Part shown: positions 1 to 10,306 of the stretch, in pieces
Layout of the letters: each line of letters opens with the position of its first letter
How positions within the stretch are numbered: position 1 is the first letter of the stretch
Origin: Boseongicola sp.
GTDB lineage: Bacteria; Pseudomonadota; Alphaproteobacteria; Rhodobacterales; Rhodobacteraceae
Direction of reading: 5' to 3'
Assembly: GCA_013042105.1 (NCBI GenBank)
Contig: JABDQU010000122.1
Span: forward strand, 1 to 45,793
Length of the DNA: 45,793 nucleotides
Notes under the pieces: generated by a model
Database searches by the model: none
Told to the model about the DNA's origin: nothing
What the model saw: only the letters and a program-made list of their open reading frames with translations
Program-made: the position numbers and the translations under genes

Positions 1-126
1 CCCCAACGCCGCAGTCATCAATCGGCGCGCATCGCGCATTCCGTAAGCCAGCCCCTGCGCCTCTAACAACCGCGCCGCATGAGCAATGGCCTCTTGCACA
101 GTTCTGTTCTGCTCTGGTCCGCTCAA
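1..126 (-). CDS. prmC: Release factor glutamine methyltransferase PrmC/HemK, N-terminal part (runs off the window)
   Basis: Manual translation from TTG at 126, which overlaps the prfA stop: [42 protein letters not shown]. It resembles the PrmC N-terminus, and prfA-prmC is the canonical gene order. Confidence 0.8.
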   Translation of the reverse strand, partial: MSGPEQNRTVQEAIAHAARLLEAQGLAYGMRDARRLMTAALG

Positions 127-1178
127 AGCCCTTGCTCAGCCAGTTTAGCGGCTTGATCCTCGGAGATAAGCGCATCAATCACCTCATCCAGATCGCCAGC
201 AAGAATATCTGCCAGCCGATAAAGCGTGAGACCAATCCTGTGATCCGTCAAACGTCCCTGCGGGAAATTATAGGTTCGAATCCGTTCAGAGCGATCCCCC
301 GAGCCGACTTGCGACTTGCGATTCTCTGCCCGTTCCTGATCCATACGCTGACGCTCCAGATCGAACAGTTTGGCGCGCAGGACCTGCATGGCAATGGCAC
401 GGTTCTGATGTTGTGACTTTTCAGATGACGTCACGACCACACCGGTTGGGATATGTGTGATGCGCACCGCGGAATCAGTCGTGTTCACATGCTGGCCACC
501 CGCCCCGCTGGCACGCATCGTATCAATGCGGATGTCGGTGGCGGGAATATCGATATCAACGTCCTCTGCCTCGGGCAAAACCGCGACCGTGGCTGCCGAG
601 GTATGAATACGCCCCCCCGATTCAGTTTCCGGCACCCGTTGCACGCGATGCACACCACTTTCGTACTTCAAACGCGCAAACACACCTTCCCCAGACACAT
701 TGGCCACGACCTCCTTGACGCCACCAAGCTCGGTCTCTGCGAACTCGACGATCGTGAACCGCCAGCCTTTCGCCTCGGCATAGCGTTGATACATCCGCAA
801 AAGATCGCCCGCGAACAACGCGGCCTCTTCACCACCCGTTCCTGGGCGGATTTCGACAATCGCAGGCCGCGCATCAGCGGCATCCCTTGGCAGCAGTGCG
901 ATCCGCAAAGCCTGCTCAACCTCTGGCAAACGCGCCTTTAGAGCAGAAAGTTCTTCTTCGGCAAGCGCCCGCATTTCGGGGTCTTCCAACATCTGCTGTG
1001 CCTCCGCCTCTGCGGAAACAAGCTCCTGATAATGATGGATTTCCTCGACGACAGGCTTCAACTCCGAGTATTCACGCGCAAGCTGCGCAATCTCAGAGCC
1101 TTCCGCACCGCCAGCCATCTTGGCCTCCAGAAACTGAAAGCGACCAATGATTTGCTGAAGGGTGTCTGAAGGGATCAT
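123..1178 (-). CDS. prfA: Peptide chain release factor 1
   Basis: GGQ motif ([10 protein letters not shown]), PxT motif (RVPETE), [20 protein letters not shown]. Confidence 0.98.
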   Translation of the reverse strand: MIPSDTLQQIIGRFQFLEAKMAGGAEGSEIAQLAREYSELKPVVEEIHHYQELVSAEAEAQQMLEDPEMRALAEEELSALKARLPEVEQALRIALLPRDAADARPAIVEIRPGTGGEEAALFAGDLLRMYQRYAEAKGWRFTIVEFAETELGGVKEVVANVSGEGVFARLKYESGVHRVQRVPETESGGRIHTSAATVAVLPEAEDVDIDIPATDIRIDTMRASGAGGQHVNTTDSAVRITHIPTGVVVTSSEKSQHQNRAIAMQVLRAKLFDLERQRMDQERAENRKSQVGSGDRSERIRTYNFPQGRLTDHRIGLTLYRLADILAGDLDEVIDALISEDQAAKLAEQGL

Positions 1179-1258
1179 CTTTGTCCTCTCTCCGATCCGC
1201 GGGATAAGGTCAAGACAGCGTTACTTGCCAAAAGAGATTGCGTGGCTATCTTTGGATC

Positions 1259-1561
1259 ATGTGGAAAATAGTTTTCATCGCAATTATGTCCGCCTTCCCG
1301 GCGTTCGCGGATATCATCGGACCTAACGGGCGGGTGATCGAATGCTATTGCACGGACACGCAAGGCGACCGTGTCGAACTGGGGCAGGAAATATGCCTCG
1401 TCGTGAATGGTCGGTCCTTCATGGCGACCTGCGAAATGTCTCTGAACGTGCCGATCTGGCGGGACACGGGTGTGGGATGTGTGTCGTCTTCACTCGATCA
1501 AAATCTGCTCGATTTTAGTAAACCAGTTCTCCAGTCTTTCCCGGTTGGTTCCCCAGTCTGA
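1259..1561 (+). CDS. Small exported cysteine-containing hypothetical protein
   Basis: Signal peptide ending AFA-D, followed by CYC...C...C...C. Start placed at ATG 1259. The 3' end overlaps the convergent gene. Confidence 0.6.
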   Translation: MWKIVFIAIMSAFPAFADIIGPNGRVIECYCTDTQGDRVELGQEICLVVNGRSFMATCEMSLNVPIWRDTGVGCVSSSLDQNLLDFSKPVLQSFPVGSPV

Positions 1562-1939
1562 GCCAATCTCATAGCGTGATCGCGAAATTGCAGCGAGCTT
1601 CGTTTGCGACCCTTCGGCGACCGCTTTGAACGTGACATAGTCTCTGAAACCAAGCCATTTTGAGCGGGCAACAAAGGTGAGCATTCCTTCATCCACGCTT
1701 CCATCAAGACGGCGAACACGTGGCTCTGCCCGAGCAACGCGCATCAAAGCCTCCATGACCGTATCGGGATCCCCATCAAAGCGAGGGGCTTCCAAGCCGA
1801 TAACTTTATGCCCGCGAGGCCCGGGATCATTCGCAATGGCCGGATCAATATGGAAAGCATCGATATCCGTCGGCGCAAAACGGATCCAACCCAGCCCCAA
1901 AACAGCAATCGAAATAATTACAAATAACGTCGTCTGCAT
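1490..1939 (-). CDS. DUF1499 family membrane-anchored protein
   Basis: N-terminal TM helix, then RSKWLGFRDYVT and SRSRY..SDWGTNRERL, typical of DUF1499. Confidence 0.8.
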   Translation of the reverse strand: MQTTLFVIISIAVLGLGWIRFAPTDIDAFHIDPAIANDPGPRGHKVIGLEAPRFDGDPDTVMEALMRVARAEPRVRRLDGSVDEGMLTFVARSKWLGFRDYVTFKAVAEGSQTKLAAISRSRYEIGSDWGTNRERLENWFTKIEQILIE

Positions 1940-2002
1940 ATCAAAATTGCCTCTTCTTCGGCCTTCTATCGGCACATAAGTGCGAAAGTCCTAATTTGAA
2001 GC

Positions 2003-2962
2003 TTATCGGCGGTTCCATGCCCAAAGGCAGATCAATTCATACCCAACATGGGCGCCCGCGACCGCCGTGATATTTGCATGGTCAAACGGCGGCGAAACCT
2101 CAACAACATCACCACCAATCAGATTAATACCGGCCAGATCACGCAAAATAATGGCAGCCTGTGCCGTCGTAAGACCACCCCACACAGGGGTCCCGGTCCC
2201 GGGAGCGTAAGCCGGATCAAGACCGTCAATGTCAAACGTAAGATAGGCCGGCGCGTCACCAACGATATCCTTCACCGCTCGTGCTGTCTTGGCCGCACCG
2301 TTTTCATGCACCGAGCGCGCATCAATACGTGTGATCCCCAAGGGGGTATCATTCGCGATCCGAATGCCGATCTGCACGGACCTTTTGACGTCGATCAGCC
2401 CTTCTTTCACAGCCTTGTAGACAAAAGTCCCATGATCGACACGTGCGTTGTCGTCATCCACCCATGTATCGGAATGTGCATCAAACTGGATCAAAGCCAA
2501 GGGGCCATGCTGCGCAACATGGGCTCGCAAAAGCGGCAGCGTGATCGAATGGTCTCCCCCCAGCGTCAGACACGCGGCACCCTGCTCTAAAATCCCGCGC
2601 GCATGCCGCTCTATCAGTTCCGGCACTTCAGCGACTTTTGCATAGTCGAAGGCCATGTCACCGTAGTCCGCGATTGCAAATTCTGCCAACGGATCGAAAT
2701 CCCAACCATACGGTGGATCACCTGCCTGAAGTGTGGACGCCTCGCGCAGCGCACGTGGCCCAAAACGCGTGCCGGGGCGATGCGTCACGGACTGGTCAAA
2801 CGGAACACCTGTAATCGCAAGATCAATGCCCGAGAGATCCTTCGTCAACTTGCGGCGAAGAAAGGACGGCACGCCAGCGAAGACGTTCTCAAAGGCCAGA
2901 CCACGCGGTTCCTCACGCGTGAAAGCCACATCGACCTCATTTGCAGCGTCTTCAAGTGCCAT
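2003..2962 (-). CDS. speB: Agmatinase (ureohydrolase family)
   Basis: Mn-binding motifs GGDHS, DAHSD and DIDGLDP, plus APGTGTP and DVVEVSP. Confidence 0.9.
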   Translation of the reverse strand: MALEDAANEVDVAFTREEPRGLAFENVFAGVPSFLRRKLTKDLSGIDLAITGVPFDQSVTHRPGTRFGPRALREASTLQAGDPPYGWDFDPLAEFAIADYGDMAFDYAKVAEVPELIERHARGILEQGAACLTLGGDHSITLPLLRAHVAQHGPLALIQFDAHSDTWVDDDNARVDHGTFVYKAVKEGLIDVKRSVQIGIRIANDTPLGITRIDARSVHENGAAKTARAVKDIVGDAPAYLTFDIDGLDPAYAPGTGTPVWGGLTTAQAAIILRDLAGINLIGGDVVEVSPPFDHANITAVAGAHVGYELICLWAWNRR

Positions 2963-3118
2963 GACCGGCTCTCCAATTGGTTCAACGCGAATAGCCCGAT
3001 GGCCATTTTTGCGTCATGCGTTTTTGCCCGAACGGCGTCTCCTGCAAGACTTGACTGGACTTCAGCCGCCCACCTGTAACAACTGCGCCTAGCGTTTCAA
3101 AATCACAGCGGCAAAGCA

Positions 3119-3940
3119 ATGACCAGCGATCCAATCTTTGAAATCCCCAACGGCCTGTCGCGACTGATCGAGATCATGCGCCGCCTCAGGGATCCCGAAA
3201 CAGGTTGCCCTTGGGACATCGAGCAGGACTTCAAAACCATCGCGCCATACACCATCGAAGAAGCCTATGAGGTATCCGACGCGATTGATCGCGCCGATTG
3301 GCCGGAACTGGAAGGCGAGCTGGGCGACCTTTTGTTGCAAGTCGTCTACCATGGACAAATGGGATCCGAGGCCGGGCATTTCGACGTCGACAGTATTGCG
3401 CGGCGCGTAAGCGACAAGATGATTGAACGTCATCCCCATGTCTTCGGTAACGCGACACGCGACAAATCCGCGGAAGACCAAAAACGCGACTGGGAAGCCT
3501 CAAAAGCCAGAGAACGCGCGACCAAAGGGGCCACTGGGGTGCTCGAGGACGTGGCACTTGGCCTCCCGGCTCTCTTGCGCGCCGTGAAGCTGCAAAAGCG
3601 GGCGGCTCGGGTTGGTTTCGACTGGCCGGATGCAACACTGGTCTTGGACAAAATAGCTGAAGAAACCCGTGAATTGGTCGAAGCACACGATCACGCGGAT
3701 CCAGATCACATACACGAGGAATTCGGCGACCTCCTGTTTGTCATGGCAAATCTCGCCCGTCACCTTGGCGTAGACCCTGAACACGCCTTGCGCGACGCAA
3801 ACTCGAAATTCACCCGTCGCTTCCGACAGATTGAACATCAGCTTGCGCAGGAAGGACGTCGCCCCGAGGACAGCAACCTCGCAGAGATGGACGCTCTTTG
3901 GGATGCTGCCAAGGCGCAGGAAAGGTCCGCTCCTTCCTGA
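3119..3940 (+). CDS. mazG: Nucleoside triphosphate pyrophosphohydrolase MazG
   Basis: GCPWDIEQ, EEAYEV, ELGDLLLQVV, RHPHVFG and a second domain with EEFGDLLF. Confidence 0.95.
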   Translation: MTSDPIFEIPNGLSRLIEIMRRLRDPETGCPWDIEQDFKTIAPYTIEEAYEVSDAIDRADWPELEGELGDLLLQVVYHGQMGSEAGHFDVDSIARRVSDKMIERHPHVFGNATRDKSAEDQKRDWEASKARERATKGATGVLEDVALGLPALLRAVKLQKRAARVGFDWPDATLVLDKIAEETRELVEAHDHADPDHIHEEFGDLLFVMANLARHLGVDPEHALRDANSKFTRRFRQIEHQLAQEGRRPEDSNLAEMDALWDAAKAQERSAPS

Positions 3941-3957
3941 AGAGCCGCCAATTTATC

Positions 3958-4001
3958 CTTACTAAAAGACTCGGAGATATTGACCCGACAAAAATAGTAA
4001 G
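3958..4001. promoter_or_regulatory. Paired IscR/Iron-Rhodo-box-like operator upstream of the iron-binding protein gene
   Basis: CTTACTA-N6-TCGG ... CCGA-N6-TAGTAAG: two 17-bp sites in inverted orientation, each resembling CTGACT-N5-AGTCAG. Confidence 0.55.
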
Positions 4002-4041
4002 ATTAATTCGTCGCAATGATTCTGATACCACGGAGAAGAAA

Positions 4042-5064
4042 ATGCGCCTTCCAGTCTTTGCCCTTGCCGCAACAGCGATGGCTGTTCCCGCCTACGCCGA
4101 AGAACTGAACGTTTATTCCTATCGCCAGCCGGAGTTGATCCAGCCTTTGCTGGACGCCTTTACCGACAAGACCGGCATCACGACCAATGTCGCCTATGTT
4201 GACAAAGGCCTGGTAGAGCGCCTGAAAGCTGAAGGCCGGCGCTCACCCGCCGACATCATCCTGACTGTGGATATTAGCCGCCTAACCGATGCAAAGGATG
4301 CAGGCGTCACTCAGGCGGTGGAAAGCGAAACCCTGAACGGCATCATTCCAGAGGCTGTCCGGGATCCTGAAGGCCATTGGTTTGGCCTGACGACCCGGGC
4401 ACGTATCGTATATGCCTCAAAGGACCGGGTCGCCGAAGGTGAGATTACCACATACGAAGACCTTGCGGACCCGAAATGGGCAGGTCGTATCTGCACACGT
4501 TCCGGCACCCACGTGTATACGCTCGGCCTGCTCAGCGCCGTGATTGAGCACAACGGAGCCGAAGCAGCCGAAAGCTGGCTGGAAGGCGTGAAAGCGAACC
4601 TCGCCAAAGATCCAGAAGGCAACGACCGCGCGCAGGTTAAGTCGATCTGGGCCGGTGAGTGCGACATCTCGCTTGGAAACACCTACTACATGGGCGCAAT
4701 GCTGGCCGACGACGAGCAAGCGGAATGGGCAAACTCAGTGCGCATCGCGTTCCCCACATTCGCCGACAATGGCGCAACGCACATCAACGTTTCCGGTGTT
4801 GCGATGACCGCAAGTGCGCCGAACCGCGAAAATGCCGTAGCCTTCATGGAATATCTCGCCTCACCAGAAGCACAGAATATCTACGCATCGGTTGTGCATG
4901 AATATCCTGCATCGCCCGCCGCCGCGCCGTCGGATTTGGTCGCAAGCTGGGGTGAGTTTACCCCCGACGACACAAATCTGGCCGCCATTGCCAGCCACCG
5001 CGCAGACGCGCTTCAGATGGTCGAGCGCGTAGACTTCGACGGAGGCGCGGGCTCCGGCGGTTAA
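4042..5064 (+). CDS. futA: Fe(III) ABC transporter substrate-binding protein (FutA/FbpA type)
   Basis: Signal peptide (AYA-E), NVYSYRQ, YEDLADPKWAGRICTRSG, GNTYY tyrosine pair. RBS GGAGAAG precedes ATG 4042. Confidence 0.9.
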   Translation: MRLPVFALAATAMAVPAYAEELNVYSYRQPELIQPLLDAFTDKTGITTNVAYVDKGLVERLKAEGRRSPADIILTVDISRLTDAKDAGVTQAVESETLNGIIPEAVRDPEGHWFGLTTRARIVYASKDRVAEGEITTYEDLADPKWAGRICTRSGTHVYTLGLLSAVIEHNGAEAAESWLEGVKANLAKDPEGNDRAQVKSIWAGECDISLGNTYYMGAMLADDEQAEWANSVRIAFPTFADNGATHINVSGVAMTASAPNRENAVAFMEYLASPEAQNIYASVVHEYPASPAAAPSDLVASWGEFTPDDTNLAAIASHRADALQMVERVDFDGGAGSGG

Positions 5065-5083
5065 TCGCGCAGCGTCAAGGAAA

Positions 5084-5107
5084 TTGTCCGGACGTTAGTC
5101 TGGACAA
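5084..5107. other. Intergenic inverted repeat (stem-loop or operator)
   Basis: TTGTCCGGAC-GTTA-GTCTGGACAA, a 10-bp stem with one G-T pair and no U-tract. Confidence 0.45.
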
Positions 5108-5152
5108 GCCCCTGAGGCGCGGCCAATGTATCGCTTTGAAACGGAGACATGC

Positions 5153-6097
5153 ATGGCCGCGCCTCGGAAAATCATCATCGATACCGACCCCGGACAGGAC
5201 GACGCGGTCGCGATCCTTCTGGCCCTTGCATCGCCCGAGGAAATTGCCGTGCTTGGCGTTGTCGCCGTGGCAGGCAATGTCCCACTTACACTGACCGAAA
5301 AGAATTCACGCATCATTTGCGAACTGGCCGGACGGACCGAAACGCCTGTCTATGCTGGCTGCGACAAGCCGATGAAACGCAAACTTGTCACCGCCGAGCA
5401 TGTGCACGGAAAGACCGGACTGGATGGACCACAGCTCCCGGTGCCAACAATGCCGCTCCAGTCACAACATGGCGTCGACTTTATCATTGAAACACTTCGC
5501 GCCGAGCCTGCCGGAACCGTCACACTGGTTCCGATCGGGCCTTTGACCAATATCGCGCTTGCCTTTGAGCGCGCTCCGGACATCGTTGGACGTGTCGAAG
5601 AAATCGTGCTGATGGGTGGCGCATATTTTGAAGTTGGCAACATTACACCCGCAGCCGAATTCAACATCTACGTCGACCCGGAAGCCGCTGAGATTGTGTT
5701 TAAATCTGGCGTGAAGCTGACCGCCATGCCGCTTGATGTGACGCACAAGGCTTTGACCAGCGCGCAGTGGATTGCCGACATCAAGGCACTGGACACTGAG
5801 GTTGGCCATATGGTGGCAAGCTGGACCGACTTTTTTGAGCGTTTCGACACCGAAAAATACGGCTCGCAGGGAGCACCACTGCATGACCCCTGCACTATCG
5901 CCTATTTGATCAATCCCGACCTTTTCCAAGGCCGGTTTATCAACGTCGAAATCGAAACCCAGTCCGAGCTGACTTTGGGCATGACAGTGGCCGACTGGTG
6001 GGGGGTAACCGACCGCCCGGCCAATGCGATGTTCATGGGGTCCGTTGATGACGCTGGCTTTTTCAGCCTCCTGACTGAACGACTGGCACGTTTGTGA
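5153..6097 (+). CDS. Nucleoside hydrolase (IU-NH/Rih family)
   Basis: DTDPGQDD, HVHGKTGL, GPLTN, GNITPAAEFN, LHDP. Confidence 0.95.
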   Translation: MAAPRKIIIDTDPGQDDAVAILLALASPEEIAVLGVVAVAGNVPLTLTEKNSRIICELAGRTETPVYAGCDKPMKRKLVTAEHVHGKTGLDGPQLPVPTMPLQSQHGVDFIIETLRAEPAGTVTLVPIGPLTNIALAFERAPDIVGRVEEIVLMGGAYFEVGNITPAAEFNIYVDPEAAEIVFKSGVKLTAMPLDVTHKALTSAQWIADIKALDTEVGHMVASWTDFFERFDTEKYGSQGAPLHDPCTIAYLINPDLFQGRFINVEIETQSELTLGMTVADWWGVTDRPANAMFMGSVDDAGFFSLLTERLARL

Positions 6098-6615
6098 GTC
6101 TGCTACAGCCGCCAGATCCGTCCTGGTCAGTAAGTGCAAAAACCGAAATCGAAACTTTGATGCACCAGGTCGAGGGTCTCGTTGAGGTCCATCATATCGG
6201 CTCAACCTCAGTGCCCGGGTTGCCCGCAAAACCGATCCTCGACCTAATGCCAATCCTTCAGACCGCATCACTGCAGGCCTACGCAAAGGATGACTTTGAA
6301 AGAATGGGCTACGAATGGATGGATGAATTTGGCCTGCCGGGTCGCGCCTATGCGCGCAAATCCGACCCGGCAACAGGTCAACGCCTTGTTCATGCACACA
6401 GCTACGTTGTCGGTCACCCCGACATCGCCAGACATCTTGCCTTTCGTGATGCTTTGCGCTCAAACGCGCCTCTCAAAGCGGCCTATACATCCGTTAAAGC
6501 CGCCTGTGCGGCCCGACACCCCGAAGGTGGCGCGACCTACGGTGCCTGTAAATCTGACTGGATTGAAAAGGCCGAAAATCGCGCCCTCGCACGCATTCAA
6601 GAGACACCCAAATGA
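6094..6615 (+). CDS. GrpB/UPF0157 family protein
   Basis: HIGSTSVPGLPAKPILD, HLAFRDALR, Y..K and YG..KSDWI motifs. GTGA overlap with the upstream gene. Confidence 0.88.
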   Translation: MSLLQPPDPSWSVSAKTEIETLMHQVEGLVEVHHIGSTSVPGLPAKPILDLMPILQTASLQAYAKDDFERMGYEWMDEFGLPGRAYARKSDPATGQRLVHAHSYVVGHPDIARHLAFRDALRSNAPLKAAYTSVKAACAARHPEGGATYGACKSDWIEKAENRALARIQETPK

Positions 6616-7070
6616 CCCAAATCCTTCATCTTGCAACGCCCGATGATACCGAAAAGCTTCTGCCAATGATTGCCAACTATCACGCAATGGAAGGCATCCG
6701 CACAGACGAAGACCACCGACGCGCCGCCATTGCGCCTTTGCTTGAGGGTTCGCCGCATGGTGCGATCTGGCTCATTGGTCCGAAAATATCCCCGGTCGGC
6801 TATGTCGCCGTCACCTTCGGCTGGTCGATTGAAATGGGTGGCCTCGATGGCTTCATCGACGAATTATGGGTGCGCGAGAAAGTGCGCGGCCGCGGCATGG
6901 GCAGCGAAGCCGTGATGACCCTGTTAAAGTCGCTAAAAAGTGCGGGCCTGATGGCGCTTCACCTTGAAGTCGGTCGCGAAAACGCCCGGGCAGAAAAGAT
7001 GTATGGCCGGCTTGGTTTTGAACGCCGCCCCTTCAACCTGATGACTTGGACCGCCCAAAGCCCTATCTGA
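6612..7070 (+). CDS. GNAT family N-acetyltransferase
   Basis: Acetyl-CoA motif VRGRGMGS, LEV..EN..A...Y..LGF. Confidence 0.9.
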   Translation: MTQILHLATPDDTEKLLPMIANYHAMEGIRTDEDHRRAAIAPLLEGSPHGAIWLIGPKISPVGYVAVTFGWSIEMGGLDGFIDELWVREKVRGRGMGSEAVMTLLKSLKSAGLMALHLEVGRENARAEKMYGRLGFERRPFNLMTWTAQSPI

Positions 7071-7076
7071 TACGCC

Positions 7077-8501
7077 ATGAGCATACACATCCCCTTTGAC
7101 AACAGCTACGCCCGACTTGACGAGCGGTTCTTCACTAAGATGAACCCCACCGCCGTCAAAGCGCCGTCGCTCATTGCGCTGAACGCGCCCCTCGCCGCCG
7201 ACCTTGGCCTTGACGCGGATGCTTTGACCACACCAGACGGTATCGCCGCCCTTGCGGGCAACCTTGTCCCGGACGGGGCGGCTCCGCTGGCGCAGGTCTA
7301 TGCTGGCCATCAGTTCGGTGGTTGGTCACCGCGCTTGGGCGACGGACGTGCCATTCTATTGGGTGAGGTCGTCTCTCCTGACGGCCAGCGCTTTGACATC
7401 CAGCTCAAAGGCTCGGGGCCCACGCCGTATTCCCGCATGGGGGACGGTCGCGCATGGGTGGGACCGGTCTTGCGCGAATACATCGTGTCCGAAGCCATGC
7501 ATGCCCTTGGTGTGCCAACAACCCGCGCGCTTGCAGCCGTCTCAACGGGCGACATCGTCCTGCGCGAAAATCCTCTGCCCGGCGCCATTCTCACACGCGT
7601 AGCCTCCAGCCACATTCGCGTTGGCACCTTCCAATATTTCGCATCGCAAAAGGATACCGAGGCACTGGCCGCCCTCACAGACCACGCTCTGGCGCGCCAT
7701 GATCCCGACGCGCAAGGCGTATTGGGACTTCTCGACGGCGTCATTCAGCGTCAGGCGAAACTGATCGCGCAATGGATGGGCTTTGGCTTCGTCCATGGCG
7801 TGATGAATACAGACAACATGACAGTCTCAGGCGAAACCATCGACTATGGACCCTGCGCCTTTCTCGACAGCTATCATCCGATGCAGGTCTTTTCGTCCAT
7901 CGATCAACAGGGCCGCTATGCCTATGGACGCCAACCCGACATGGCGATGTGGAACCTCGCTCAACTCGCAACCTCCCTCCTGCCGCTTATCGACGAGGTT
8001 GAAACCGCTCAAGCCAGTTTGGACCGGTTCCCCGAGCTTTTCCGCGCAGCTTGGATTGAGACGTTCCGCGCCAAGATCGGCCTTCAGACCCCGACCGAAG
8101 GCGATGGCGCACTGATCGAAGACCTTTTGACAAGAATGGCCCAGGGACAGGCGGACTTCACAAACACCTTCCGCGCACTTGGAACAGACAAGGCACGCGC
8201 CGAATTCGTCGATCCGGCACTCTACGACGCATGGGACATCACCTGGCGCGAGCGTCTGGCCAAAGAAAACACAACGCCAGAAGACCGCCTGAAGGACCTG
8301 CACCACACCAACCCGGCCTTGATTGCCCGCACCCACCGGATCGAACAGGCCATCGAAGCCGCCGTGGCGGGTGACTTCGCGCCATTTGAGCGGCTATCCA
8401 AAGCCCTGCGAAACCCATTTTCCGACCCGGGCGAGATGGCAGACTTGGCGCGTCCCCCTACAGAAGACGAGGTTGTCGCACAAACGTTTTGCGGCACCTG
8501 A
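7077..8501 (+). CDS. selO: Protein adenylyltransferase SelO/YdiU
   Basis: [45 protein letters not shown]-terminal TFCGT. Confidence 0.95.
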   Translation: MSIHIPFDNSYARLDERFFTKMNPTAVKAPSLIALNAPLAADLGLDADALTTPDGIAALAGNLVPDGAAPLAQVYAGHQFGGWSPRLGDGRAILLGEVVSPDGQRFDIQLKGSGPTPYSRMGDGRAWVGPVLREYIVSEAMHALGVPTTRALAAVSTGDIVLRENPLPGAILTRVASSHIRVGTFQYFASQKDTEALAALTDHALARHDPDAQGVLGLLDGVIQRQAKLIAQWMGFGFVHGVMNTDNMTVSGETIDYGPCAFLDSYHPMQVFSSIDQQGRYAYGRQPDMAMWNLAQLATSLLPLIDEVETAQASLDRFPELFRAAWIETFRAKIGLQTPTEGDGALIEDLLTRMAQGQADFTNTFRALGTDKARAEFVDPALYDAWDITWRERLAKENTTPEDRLKDLHHTNPALIARTHRIEQAIEAAVAGDFAPFERLSKALRNPFSDPGEMADLARPPTEDEVVAQTFCGT

Positions 8502-8644
8502 GTGTTAAACCTTGTGAAATCTGCAACCCGGGGTTTCATCAAAGCGCGCTACGCCCCTGATCCCAGAACACGCACGCGCTGATGGGCTTTTCCTCGCGCG
8601 CCCCTTCGCCTAAAAGGGGAATTCGACAGGGGATGCGACACACC

Positions 8645-9058
8645 ATGGCCGACACAATTATCGAGCGCTGCGAGGCCAAAGGACTTCGCCTAACCGAGCA
8701 ACGCCGCACAATCGCCACCGTTCTGGAAGGCGCAGATGACCACCCTGATGTCGAAGAACTCTACGCCCGCGCCAGCGCAGTAGATCCGCGCATCTCGCTG
8801 GCGACGGTCTATCGCACCGTAAAGCTTTTCGAAGAAGCCGGTATCCTAGAAAGGCTCGATTTCCGCGATGGACGCGCGCGCTATGAAGATGCCGATCGCG
8901 ACCACCACGACCACCTGATCGACCTCCATTCAGGCGAAGTCATCGAGTTTGTCGATGCCGAAATAGAGGCGCTTCAGGAACGCATCGCGGAAAAGCTGGG
9001 ATATGACCTCAAGGGTCACCGATTGGAACTCTACGCCGTTCCGCTCAAAAAACCCTGA
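8645..9058 (+). CDS. fur: Fur/Mur family metal-responsive regulator
   Basis: GLRLTEQR, DHPDVEELY, SLATVYRT, HHDHLID. Alphaproteobacterial Fur/Mur type; metal specificity cannot be determined from sequence. Confidence 0.9.
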   Translation: MADTIIERCEAKGLRLTEQRRTIATVLEGADDHPDVEELYARASAVDPRISLATVYRTVKLFEEAGILERLDFRDGRARYEDADRDHHDHLIDLHSGEVIEFVDAEIEALQERIAEKLGYDLKGHRLELYAVPLKKP

Positions 9059-9097
9059 TAGTCGCCCGGCCCGTCACGCCCGCATAAACGCCGCGCG

Positions 9098-10306
9098 TCA
9101 GACTTTCTTCAGCGCCAAAACAGCATTTAGCCCGCCGAACGCAAAAGCGTTTGAAAGCGCATAGGTCACGTCTGCATCACGTGCCTCGTTCGGGACCACG
9201 TCCAGCGCACACTCGGGATCGGGTTCCTGATAGCCAATCGTCGGGGCAATCACACCGTCCTTCAAAGCCATGACGACCGCAAGAAGCTCCACAGCACCCG
9301 TTCCCCCAATCAAATGCCCGTGCATCGATTTCGTCGACGAGATCATGACACTGTCTGCATGCGTTCCGAATACATTCGCCACCGCCGCACATTCCGTTTT
9401 GTCGTTTGCCGCCGTGCCTGTGCCGTGCGCATTGATATAGGCGACATCACTGGCGTTGATCCCAGCGTCTCGCAAGGCCCCGGACATGGCGCGTGCGGCA
9501 CCTTGTTGTGATGGCATAACGATATCAGCCGCGTCGGACGTCATGGAAAAGCCCACGACTTCACACAGAATATCAGCGCCCCGCGCTTTGGCGTGCTCGT
9601 AGTCCTCGAACACGAAAACCCCCGCGCCTTCGCCTTGCACCATCCCATTGCGGTTTGCAGAAAACGGGCGGCACGCATCGCGTGACATGACGCGTAATCC
9701 CTCCCAAGCCTTTACACCCCCGAAGCACAGCATGGATTCCGATCCACCCGTGATCATGGCCCGCGCAGCGCCATTTCTGACCAGCCAGAACGCCTGCCCC
9801 ATTGCGTGATTAGATGATGCACAGGCCGTCGCAACGGTGAACGAGGGCCCCTTCAAATTCCATGTCATTGACACGTGGCTGGCGGCGGCATTGTTCATCA
9901 GCTTCGGGACAATGAACGGATGAACCCGGTTTTTTCCCTCTTCATAAACGGCACGATAGTTTTCATCCTGCGTCGTAAGACCACCACCGCTGGTTCCAAG
10001 CACCACACCAGCCTCCGCCGCCAATGCGCCGGCAAACTCAAGCCCGGACTGCTCAATCGCCTCTTTCGCCGCGATCATCGTGAACTGCGTGAAACGGTCG
10101 TAAAGAGCTTGCTGCTGCCGGTTAAAACGATCGTCGGGCGCGTAGTTTTTGACCTGTCCGCCGATCTTGATCGACAAGCGCTCAACGTCTCGGATGTCCA
10201 ATGGACCGATCCCGCAACGTCCCTCGCGCATGGCTTCGAAAGTAGAGGCAACCGAATGCCCCAGCGGGTTTATCGTTCCCGCACCTGTAATAACGACACG
10301 TCGCAT
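9098..10306 (-). CDS. Beta-ketoacyl-ACP synthase (FabF/NodE-like)
   Basis: TACASS catalytic Cys, NAHGTGT, KSMHGH, SNAFAFGG. Segments such as GVKAWEGLRV and DIVMPS resemble rhizobial NodE. Confidence 0.9.
   Translation of the reverse strand: MRRVVITGAGTINPLGHSVASTFEAMREGRCGIGPLDIRDVERLSIKIGGQVKNYAPDDRFNRQQQALYDRFTQFTMIAAKEAIEQSGLEFAGALAAEAGVVLGTSGGGLTTQDENYRAVYEEGKNRVHPFIVPKLMNNAAASHVSMTWNLKGPSFTVATACASSNHAMGQAFWLVRNGAARAMITGGSESMLCFGGVKAWEGLRVMSRDACRPFSANRNGMVQGEGAGVFVFEDYEHAKARGADILCEVVGFSMTSDAADIVMPSQQGAARAMSGALRDAGINASDVAYINAHGTGTAANDKTECAAVANVFGTHADSVMISSTKSMHGHLIGGTGAVELLAVVMALKDGVIAPTIGYQEPDPECALDVVPNEARDADVTYALSNAFAFGGLNAVLALKKV

Noticed and set aside
2963-3118. Possible guanidine riboswitch upstream of the ureohydrolase gene
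   Set aside because: No twin ACGR hairpins, ykkC 3' motif or ykkC-III pseudoknot could be found on the minus strand.
7077-8501. Selenocysteine recoding in SelO or in the SBP56 protein
   Set aside because: SelO ends in TFCGT with an ordinary Cys, and neither gene has an internal in-frame TGA.
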